Source: Acidothermus cellulolyticus 11B | GTDB taxonomy: Bacteria; Actinomycetota; Actinomycetes; Acidothermales; Acidothermaceae | DNA: 32,000 nucleotides | Reading direction: 5' to 3' | NCBI RefSeq assembly: GCF_000015025.1 | Contig: NC_008578.1 | Coordinates: forward strand, 2,280,001-2,312,000 | The notes under the pieces: generated by a model | The model's input: the letters and a program-made list of their open reading frames with translations, nothing else | Database searches by the model: none | What the model was told of the DNA's origin: nothing | Part shown: in pieces, positions 21,351 through 29,734 of the stretch | How the letters are laid out: each line of letters begins with the position of its first letter | Numbering within the stretch: position 1 is the stretch's first letter | Made by a program: the position numbers and the translations under genes

Positions 21351-21968
21351 TCAGGTCTCCTTGACCACGATCGTCTCGACCGTGTTCGCCACATTTTCGA
21401 AGGCGTCCGCGGCCGACTCGAACTGGTCGGAGACCTCCTTGAGCTTGAGTACGGTCAACGCGTCGAGGTGGCCGTCGAAGAGCTTGGCCAGCAGCCGGCG
21501 ATGCAACTGATCAGCCTCGTTTTCCAACCGGTTCACCTCGATCCAGTACGCGTCCAGTCCCTTGCGGGTGCGGAGCCGGGGCATCGCGTCCGCCGTAATG
21601 GCGGCTGCCCGCTCCAAGACGTGGACCTGCTCGGCGATCTCTTGCGGCAGCTCGCTCAACCGGTACAAGACGATGAGGTCGGTGCCGGCCTCGACAAAGT
21701 CCATGACGTCGTCGAGCCGGCCGGCGAGCCGGTAAATGTCGTCGCGATCAAACGGGGTTACAAATGTTGAGTTGAGCCGGCGCAAAATGCCGTGGGTAAT
21801 TTCGTCCGCTTCATGCTCGATACGGCGCACCTCGTCCGCAACCGCCGACCGGTCGGCGTCCGGGAGGAAAATCCGGCTTGCTGCCTGAATCCCGCGCACG
21901 AGCGTGGCGGCCGAGGTCGCAAACATGTCGAAGAAGGCAGGACCCTCCGGGGTCAGGCGGAATCGCAC
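21351..21968 (-). CDS. DUF47 family protein (PhoU-like, Pit accessory)
   Basis: MRFRLTPEGPAFFDMFATSA…EHEADEITH…ENEADQLHR. GTG is preceded by GAGGAGA. The stop lies 2 nt before the pit start. Confidence 0.85.
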   Translation of the reverse strand: MRFRLTPEGPAFFDMFATSAATLVRGIQAASRIFLPDADRSAVADEVRRIEHEADEITHGILRRLNSTFVTPFDRDDIYRLAGRLDDVMDFVEAGTDLIVLYRLSELPQEIAEQVHVLERAAAITADAMPRLRTRKGLDAYWIEVNRLENEADQLHRRLLAKLFDGHLDALTVLKLKEVSDQFESAADAFENVANTVETIVVKET

Positions 21969-22252
21969 AGTTGATCTCCTCGGCCACAGACGTCGAACGG
22001 TTCCGCGCTGATGCTAATGAGTCCTGATGAGCCGTGCTCACCAGACCCACGGCAACCTACCCGCCACCGTTCCCGCGACGTGACGTCCCGGTACGTTCAA
22101 GCGGGATCGGTGCAGGCCGCGGGGTCAAACCCTGCACCGCCCGCGATCGGCATCGGCCGCGAGGCCGTACCGTGCACCGCTGAGGAGAGCAGGACCCCCT
22201 GTGCGATGCGCGGAAGCAACGGTGCGGCGGTACGCGTTCTACCGGCCGGTGA

Positions 22253-22555
22253 TCACGACGAGCGTCGGTCCGGACGACGATCACGTTGCTGGCGCGACTC
22301 ATCGGCCTGGTGCGACTCACTGGTGAGGCCAAGAATTTTGTCGATCTCTTGTGTGCTGAGCCGTCCATCTCTGCGAGAAGCGTGGATCATGAGCTCGCTG
22401 TAGAGGTCGATCTCTTCCAGGGTGTCCGGATCCGCCAACCTGGGATCACCGGGTTGCGATGTGACGATCGTCTTCGGCGCCGCGGCTGATCCTCGTCCGG
22501 AACTCCGGCGAGACGATTCCGAACCAGCCTGATTCTCCGGCGCGCGCCTCGTCAC
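22253..22555 (-). CDS. hypothetical small protein (disordered basic N-terminus, helical core EEIDLYSELMIHASRRDGRLSTQEIDKILGL)
   Basis: 100-aa ORF. GTG start is preceded by GGAAGGAGG at 11 nt. GC3 is moderate. Family not recognised. Confidence 0.5.
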   Translation of the reverse strand: MTRRAPENQAGSESSRRSSGRGSAAAPKTIVTSQPGDPRLADPDTLEEIDLYSELMIHASRRDGRLSTQEIDKILGLTSESHQADESRQQRDRRPDRRSS

Positions 22556-22854
22556 TTGAGCCCCGCCTCCTTCCCCGCGAAGCTCGCGCCCAGCCTGCCC
22601 GTTGTGTCGCTGGTCAGGTACGCCGCCTCCCCCCTCGCGGAGTTCACCTTAGACACCTGAGCGGCACGCCGCGGTCACATTGTGGGATTTCCGCCAGATA
22701 CGACACGGTGCGATGCTTCCCCTCGTCGCGCGACTCGACGCCGCCTCGGATCGGCACCCATCGAATGGAGTAATCCGTTAGGAGGAGGTACGGGAGGTGT
22801 CGTAGCCGACCGGGACTGCCTGGGACGTACGCACGCAACGCCTTCCGTCTGGCG

Positions 22855-22970
22855 GTCATCCGCAAACCCACCAAGTGTCGCCCGCAAACACCACCCAAGA
22901 GTCATGCGCACATCCGCCAAGCGTCATCCGCGAACGTCACCCCAGAGTCATCCGCAAGCTCCACCCACAG
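22855..22970. repeat. five tandem 22-24-bp degenerate repeats, consensus GTCATCCGCAAAC-CCACCCAAGA
   Basis: Units are 22855-22876 gtcatccgcaaacccaccaagt, 22877-22900 gtcgcccgcaaacaccacccaaga, 22901-22922 gtcatgcgcacatccgccaagc, 22923-22946 gtcatccgcgaacgtcaccccaga, and 22947-22970 gtcatccgcaagctccacccacag. Confidence 0.9.
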
Positions 22971-23039
22971 TGCAGGTGACGCAGGAAATAGTTGCGGTCG
23001 GGGGGAACTGGGGGAGCAGGTCGTGATGGGTGAGGTCGA

Positions 23040-23468
23040 TCAGATCATTCGGCGCGGTTCATTCCGCTGGCAGCCCACGAATTCGCGCAGAGCGGACGGT
23101 AACGGCTGAGGACGGCGCAGCACCGCCCGGTAGGCGGCGTCGACCAGCACGCGGCCCTCCCGCGAACGGTATGCGGAGCAGCCGTCGAAGTCGTCGACTG
23201 CATGCCCGTCGTGGCAATCACTGACGGAACCCCGGACGTCGGACGGCGGTAACAGGAGAGGCTCGTGCCGGCTCGAGCTCGTCGTCCCCAACCCGCGACG
23301 TAGGCGCGCGAGCAGCCCGCGCAGTGTCACGTTCCGCCGCACGGTCACCCGGGCTGCCGCATCAAGCAGGGTGATCCGAAATCGGAGAGCATCGGGATCC
23401 ACGGCACCGAGCCGATCGGTGACCCCGGTGGCCGGCTCGCCGCGTAGATCGGTCGAAAAGAAGGTCAC
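23040..23468 (-). CDS. hypothetical protein, translationally coupled to the FlgN-like gene
   Basis: 142 aa from GTG 23466-23468, which overlaps the upstream TGA (tGGTGAcc). Sequence is MTFFSTDLRGEPATGV…SDCHDGHAVDDFDGCSAYR…EFVGCQ. GC3 is about 78%. No family recognised. Confidence 0.6.
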   Translation of the reverse strand: MTFFSTDLRGEPATGVTDRLGAVDPDALRFRITLLDAAARVTVRRNVTLRGLLARLRRGLGTTSSSRHEPLLLPPSDVRGSVSDCHDGHAVDDFDGCSAYRSREGRVLVDAAYRAVLRRPQPLPSALREFVGCQRNEPRRMI

Positions 23469-23887
23469 CAGATCAACTCCCCGGTCGCCGTCCGTGCCTC
23501 GCGAACCGCGGCGTCCCGGGCAGCCTCCACCGCCCGCCGATTCGCCTCGGCGAGCTCGTCGATGCGTGCGGAGAGCCGCAGCATCGCTTCCCGATGAGCG
23601 GCGAACATCTCTCCCCATGGCGTCGGTGCCGCAGCGGCAATCTCCGCAAGGGTTGCGGTGGGCGCAAGCCGGAGCTCCTCGACAACAGCCTCGGCACCAA
23701 CCGCCCGGGCGAGTCCGGCGAGACGAAGCTCTTCAGCAGCAAGCTCAACCTCGTGGCCGGCGCGGGCCAACCATTCCAGTCGTCCGGCGTCGAGCACGAG
23801 CCGCTCCTCCTCAAGCTTGAAGAGCAGCACGTCGAGTGCCTGTCGTTCCCGCCAGAGGAGCTCAGACAGCTCGGCAAGTTGTGACAT
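23465..23887 (-). CDS. FlgN-like (flagellar export chaperone family) coiled-coil protein
   Basis: LSELLWRERQALDVLLFKLEEERLVLDAGRLEWLARAGHEVE… and …LAEIAAAAPTPWGEMFAAHREAML resemble actinobacterial FlgN (PF05130) sequences from memory. ATG is preceded by GAGGTGAG. Confidence 0.6.
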   Translation of the reverse strand: MSQLAELSELLWRERQALDVLLFKLEEERLVLDAGRLEWLARAGHEVELAAEELRLAGLARAVGAEAVVEELRLAPTATLAEIAAAAPTPWGEMFAAHREAMLRLSARIDELAEANRRAVEAARDAAVREARTATGELIW

Positions 23888-23942
23888 ATCTCACCTCGTG
23901 ACGCGGTCCGGTCATCATCTCATGTTCGCATTCGGCGTACTT

Positions 23943-23965
23943 GTTGGATGACTTCGACATCCAAC
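23943..23965. promoter_or_regulatory. 8-bp inverted repeat (candidate operator) in the divergent sigma / FlgN-like intergenic region
   Basis: gttggatg-N7-catccaac, seen directly. A regulatory role is inferred only from its position. Confidence 0.3.
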
Positions 23966-24163
23966 CGATGAGGACTGAGCGTGCCCGCCGCCCAAACTGC
24001 GGCGATTGCGCTGACCGGCATCACGAGGCCGCGTCCGGACCAACGCGCATTCCGCCGGTTGCCGCGCCGCACCTAGTCACTCCGGGCAGTTTCTGGTCTA
24101 TCAGCGGAGCGGTTACTCCGTTTGGAGTCAAGACGCACCGGGTGAATCGGCGATGACACTGAC

Positions 24164-25057
24164 ATGGCGACCACCAAGACTCCCCGTGAGCAACCAGGTG
24201 CTCATGTATCGCACAACGATACGATTGACCAGCTGGTGAAAGACCACCTGCCGCTTGTTGGGTATCTCGTTGCCGAGACGGCCAGTAAACTGCCGGGGCA
24301 CGTCAACCGCGATGACCTGACATCGGCCGGAATGATGGCGCTCGCGCAGGCCGCCCGGACGTACGATCCGTCCCGAGGCGTACCATTCGCGAGATTCGCC
24401 ACCGTCCGAATCCGTGGCGCCATTATTGACGAACTCCGCAGCCACGACTGGGCGAGCCGCTCGGTCCGCGTGAAGGCACGTCAGCGCGCTGCAGCCGAAG
24501 AAGAGCTGGCCGCGGTCCTCGGCCGATTGCCGACGCAGGCCGAGCTTGCCGAGCACCTTGGAGTTTCCGTCGATGAGCTCGCTTCGACCGAGGGTGACGT
24601 TCACCGTGCGGTCGTGCTCAGCCTGCAGGGCTTTGCGGACGCCGGAACACTCGAGGGAATGCTTCCCCACCAAGACCCTGGGCCGGAGGATGTTCTCCTC
24701 AACCGCGAGCGGGTGAATTACCTGCTCGATGCGGTCGCCGCACTCCCGCCGCGGTTGCGGACGGTTGTCGAAGGCTACTTCTTCCAGGAGCGGCCGATGG
24801 CCGAGCTCGCTGAGGAACTCGGGGTAACCGAATCGCGAATCTCTCAGATGCGGGCGGAGGCGCTGAGCTTGCTCCGGGACGGCATGACCGCAATGTTGGC
24901 TCCGGAACAGTTGCCCGAAGAGCCGCGGCCCGACGGCTGCGTGGCCCGACGGAAGGCCGCGTACTACGCCGCGATCGCCGCCAGTTCTGATTTCCGGACA
25001 CGGATCAGCGCCCGACACGTCCGCGTGGATCTCACCGAACGGAGGGCGTCCGCCTAA
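24164..25057 (+). CDS. FliA/WhiG-family (sigma-28) RNA polymerase sigma factor with ~50-aa C-terminal extension
   Basis: Region 2: DDLTSAGMMALAQAARTYDPSRGVPFARFATVRIRGAIIDELRSHDWASRSVR (the IRGAxIDELR..DW.(P/S)RSVR FliA/WhiG signature). Regions 3 and 4.2: RPMAELAEELGVTESRISQMRAEAL. Confidence 0.9.
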   Translation: MATTKTPREQPGAHVSHNDTIDQLVKDHLPLVGYLVAETASKLPGHVNRDDLTSAGMMALAQAARTYDPSRGVPFARFATVRIRGAIIDELRSHDWASRSVRVKARQRAAAEEELAAVLGRLPTQAELAEHLGVSVDELASTEGDVHRAVVLSLQGFADAGTLEGMLPHQDPGPEDVLLNRERVNYLLDAVAALPPRLRTVVEGYFFQERPMAELAEELGVTESRISQMRAEALSLLRDGMTAMLAPEQLPEEPRPDGCVARRKAAYYAAIAASSDFRTRISARHVRVDLTERRASA

Positions 25058-25070
25058 CCGCACGGCGTTC

Positions 25071-25222
25071 GGTCGGCTGCGGGACCGCGGGTCGGCTATA
25101 GGACCGCCGGTCGGCTGCAGAATCGCGGGACAACCGCCGAGCCGCCGGTTGGTTGCGGGATCCCGGGGACAACCGCAGAGCCACCGTCGGCCGCCGAGTC
25201 GCCGGTCGGCCGTTCCCCTGTG
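25071..25222. repeat. about eight tandem 19-bp degenerate repeats (with 38-bp higher-order units)
   Basis: Units are ggtcggctgcgggaccgcg / ggtcggctataggaccgcc / ggtcggctgcagaatcgcg / ggacaaccgccgagccgcc / ggttggttgcgggatcccg / gggacaaccgcagagccac / cgtcggccgccgagtcgcc / ggtcggccgttcccctgtg. The array starts 14 nt after the sigma-factor stop. Confidence 0.85.
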
Positions 25223-25368
25223 CCCGGCCGCCTCGCCGGACGCCAACCCCTTCACTGGCGTCCACCCAACACCGTCGGCCATGCGGCACTTATGGCGGGC
25301 GACGTCACGCCGTCGACAGGACAGCGAACCCTACCGCCCAAGGACGGCGAATGCTGCCGCGCGTCCGT

Positions 25369-25402
25369 TGGTCTAGTCCAATCTCTTGACAGGACTGGAC
25401 CT
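25369..25402 (+). promoter_or_regulatory. dre-like (DasR-responsive / chitinase-promoter 12-bp) elements bracketing a TTGACA -35 box
   Basis: TGGTCTAGTCCA (25369-25380; 11/12 to TGGTCTAGACCA), TTGACA (25386-25391), and AGGACTGGACCT (25391-25402; resembles the TGGTCCAGACCT-type chitinase promoter repeat). They lie about 140 nt upstream of the GH18 start. Confidence 0.55.
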
Positions 25403-25540
25403 CTCGTCGCACCCTGGTCGCTGCGGGGGAGTGTGTTCCGGCGACGCTCGCCGGCACGTGGACGGGTGACGACGCCCACCTGCGTTTCCAGCAGTGCGAG
25501 TGCACAGCGTGCGTCGTCATCCGAGGTGTAAGGAGTTGCC

Positions 25541-27316
<1,776 letters not shown>

Positions 27317-27422
27317 ACCCCGGCGCACACCGCAGAAAACACCGACACCACCAACCCCTCACCTAACCCCACAACACGGGGGGTGGGCGCCACGCCACCC
27401 ACCCCCCACAACCACACCACCC

Positions 27423-27457
27423 GATGCCGGCGCCGCGAAGCCCGCGGCGTCGGCATC
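27423..27457. terminator. GC-rich hairpin between convergent chitinase and mannosyltransferase genes (possible bidirectional terminator)
   Basis: gatgccggcgccgcg-aagcc-cgcggcgtcggcatc is a 15-bp stem with one mismatch. A second G-run/C-run hairpin lies at 27378-27407. Neither has a clear U-tract. Confidence 0.4.
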
Positions 27458-27498
27458 GTCGGTCGATTCCGTACCAGACGCTCGCGGCGCCGGCATCG

Positions 27499-28725
27499 TC
27501 AGTAAATCCAGTACCAGTTGATGAAGAGCAAGGAGAACATTCCAAGACCAGTTGCGGAGACTGCGACAATCGGCGTCCATGACCGGATACGGCGGGAAAA
27601 TTCCGCGATGCCCCAGAAGATTGGCGCGATGACGAGGACGAACCGCATCATGGACATGAAAGGGCGACCCGGAAACTCCATACACAGCGGTGCGATGAGA
27701 CTAGCGCCCGTATATATCCCATACGTCAGCGCGGTCCGGCGTATCACCCATACCGCGGAGGCGACTGCCACGGCGACGACAAGAAGGTCGAGGAAGTGAT
27801 AGCCGCCCGGATAGATGCCGACCCACTGTATACCGTCGCGTACACCGTCCCATAGCGTGATCCACGGCCATTGCGCATTCCGGTCCCAGCCGCCTTCGGA
27901 TCGAAACGGCAATAGAGGCTGTCCTGCTCGCTGCCACCACCACGCGAGATATGCGATGACGCCGGACACCGACACGGCGGCCACACCGAGACACCGCATG
28001 ATGCCGCGGATGGCGTCCCTCCCGGCCGGTCGCGCGGAAACGCACTGCCTCAGGCATTCGAACACCACGGCAAGCGCCAGGACAACGCCCATGCTCCGGA
28101 CGGCGGTACCGAAACCGGCTGCCACACTCGCGACAAGCCATCGTGACCGGCGTGCTGCGTACAGCGCTACCGCAACCGCCAAGAGGAACAGCGATTCCGA
28201 GTACGGCGCGAAAAAGAAGAAGGCCGACGGAAATATCGCGAGGAGTACGACGGTGCGCTTCGCCAGATCGACATCGAATTCATCCTGCGTCCAACGGTAA
28301 ATGACTGCCAGCGCTGCGAGATATGCGAGATTCGACACCACGTACGCCGCCAGGAGAATGTGCCCTCCGGTCAGAAATGCGACGGCCCGGATCGCCGCCG
28401 GATACCCGGGAAAGAATGCGGCACTATGGTCCTCAACGGCATATCCGTGCGCGGCAATGCGCAGATACCACAACGCATCCCACCGCTCCCATGCGGTGAA
28501 CATAATTCCCAGGCCGTGTGTCACGGGAGGCGTAGCCCAATCGGGCACGTCCGCGGGCTGGTTGGGAGGAATGACGGCCGCCGCGGGAATCGCGAGTAGA
28601 AAGAGGCCGACGCGGACAGCGATAAAGACCCGGACGACGTAGGAGACGGCATCCCGCCACACCCCGGGCACGCGTTCCCGGCGCGCCGCGCCGAGCGAGT
28701 ACCGGCGCATCAATCCGTGAGCCAT
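27499..28725 (-). CDS. integral-membrane mannosyltransferase-like protein (PIG-V / GT-C type)
   Basis: Multi-TM protein with WERWDALWYLRIAAHGY…AAFFPGYPAAIR, resembling the Mannosyl_trans2 (PIG-V) motif WDxxWYxxIAxxGY…AFFPLYP. Start set at ATG 28723-28725. The track ORF continues to a GTG at 29061 through an Arg-rich 112-aa extension. Confidence 0.75.
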   Translation of the reverse strand: MAHGLMRRYSLGAARRERVPGVWRDAVSYVVRVFIAVRVGLFLLAIPAAAVIPPNQPADVPDWATPPVTHGLGIMFTAWERWDALWYLRIAAHGYAVEDHSAAFFPGYPAAIRAVAFLTGGHILLAAYVVSNLAYLAALAVIYRWTQDEFDVDLAKRTVVLLAIFPSAFFFFAPYSESLFLLAVAVALYAARRSRWLVASVAAGFGTAVRSMGVVLALAVVFECLRQCVSARPAGRDAIRGIMRCLGVAAVSVSGVIAYLAWWWQRAGQPLLPFRSEGGWDRNAQWPWITLWDGVRDGIQWVGIYPGGYHFLDLLVVAVAVASAVWVIRRTALTYGIYTGASLIAPLCMEFPGRPFMSMMRFVLVIAPIFWGIAEFSRRIRSWTPIVAVSATGLGMFSLLFINWYWIY

Positions 28726-29087
28726 GGTGAGGTCCCGCTCCGTCGCAACTGTCAGCGGGCCAAGCCTACCGACGGAACGCGGGAATCGACGCCAGCCCCG
28801 GATCGGCGGCCGGCAGACGGACGCCGTCCGTGCCTTGGACCCGCGCCGCGCGCACCGCCGTGCCATCGCGTCAACGCGCCGGACCGCGAACCGGCGCCGT
28901 CCGCGGCGGAGTGCCGTGCCGTCCAGCTGCCGAGCGCCACGGTCCAGAGCATGCGCCGCGGAGTGCCGCGCCGTCGCCTTCGCCCAGGCCGACACGCACG
29001 AAGGCGGCGCGCCCGAACGCTTTGGCTGGACCCCTAGCCTGCCGACGTACTCGATGAGCACCCTGCACCACGACCACTCGGAGGATC

Positions 29088-29705
29088 ATGCTGGTCCCTC
29101 CACTTGTCACCGGCGGACCGGTCACGGTCCGCCTCGTTCATCGCGACGGCCGCGAGTTCGCCACCCGCGTCGAGAGTGTTTCGCCGCGCGTGGTGGTTGT
29201 TGCTGCGCCACCGGGAGCCAACGCGGCTCTCATCGCCAGCGGCACCCGCGAGATCGACCTGTCATGGCTCTCACCCCGCGGCCGGTACGAACAACGGTGT
29301 GAGCTCGAACACAGCGCGGGAACCTCGCGGCAGTGGCGGCTCCGGCCGCTCCGGCCTGCCGTGCTAGTGCAACGACGCCGCTATATCCGCGTCCGCGCGG
29401 CCGTCCCCGTCGTCATAGAGGTCTCCGGCGAATCGCTGCCGGCGACGACGGTCGACGTGTCGGAGGGCGGCTTCCGCGTCCGGATCCCGCCGCGCGATAT
29501 TGCCGAACTGGAGCGTGCCACAGTGCACGCCACTATCGCGGGCCAGCCGGTGGAATTGCCCGGATACTTTCTGCGCCGCACCTTGCGCGGTCCAACCGAC
29601 GCCGAAGCTGTCATCGTCTTTGAAACGCTCGGCGTTCACGCGGAAACGCTGCGTCGCTGGATCCTTCAGCTGCAATTACGCAGCCGGGCGGCGCGCTCCA
29701 GCTAG
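29088..29705 (+). CDS. PilZ domain protein with YcgR-like N-terminal domain (c-di-GMP receptor)
   Basis: Canonical PilZ motifs are QRRRYIRV (RxxxR, nt 29373-29390) and DVSEGGFRV (D/NxSxxG, nt 29454-29471). About 90 aa of beta-rich N-terminal domain precede them. Confidence 0.85.
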   Translation: MLVPPLVTGGPVTVRLVHRDGREFATRVESVSPRVVVVAAPPGANAALIASGTREIDLSWLSPRGRYEQRCELEHSAGTSRQWRLRPLRPAVLVQRRRYIRVRAAVPVVIEVSGESLPATTVDVSEGGFRVRIPPRDIAELERATVHATIAGQPVELPGYFLRRTLRGPTDAEAVIVFETLGVHAETLRRWILQLQLRSRAARSS

Positions 29706-29734
29706 CTCCCGCGCTGTCGGCGGTGGGGTCGTCG

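Noticed and set aside
22024-22060. CUGAUGAG followed by a 5-bp stem (ccgtg…cacgg), reminiscent of a hammerhead ribozyme core
   Set aside because: The obligatory GAAA after stem II and a plausible stem I/III with a cleavage triplet are absent, so this is a chance match in the DUF47 upstream region.
22065-22100. Three adjacent 11-nt units (gttcccgcgac gtgacgtcccg gtacgttcaag) as PhoP PHO boxes upstream of the DUF47-pit operon
   Set aside because: Only the first unit resembles the GTTCACC-type direct repeat from memory, and orientation and distance to the start are uncertain. A PWM scan is needed before any call.
24126-24155. TCAAGA-N-GGCGATGA upstream of the sigma gene as a self-recognised sigma-28 promoter (TAAA-N15-GCCGATAA)
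   Set aside because: Spacing is about 17 nt and both elements are mismatched. The -10-like box ends only about 9 nt before the ATG. The match is too weak to call.
23941-24156. 71-aa plus-strand ORF ending 8 nt before the sigma-factor ATG (possible co-transcribed small regulator)
   Set aside because: It has a TTG start with no RBS. GC3 is about 70%, well below neighbouring genes. No motif is present, and it overlaps the inverted repeat and promoter region. It is left unannotated, but ribosome profiling could revive it.
22855-25222. Could the two tandem arrays (22855-22970 and 25071-25222) be CRISPR arrays?
   Set aside because: Units are head-to-tail with no unique spacers, they are degenerate, only 19-24 bp long, and no cas genes are present. 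They are tandem repeats, not CRISPR.
24128-25282. 384-aa minus-strand ORF covering the sigma-factor locus
   Set aside because: It is antisense to the well-supported FliA/WhiG sigma gene, has no recognisable domains, and extends through the 19-bp repeat array.
27317-27372. C/A-rich, G-poor tract after the chitinase stop as a functional element (rut site)
   Set aside because: The composition is compatible with a Rho utilisation site, but this cannot be distinguished from neutral sequence by eye. It is noted only as context for the hairpins at 27378-27457.
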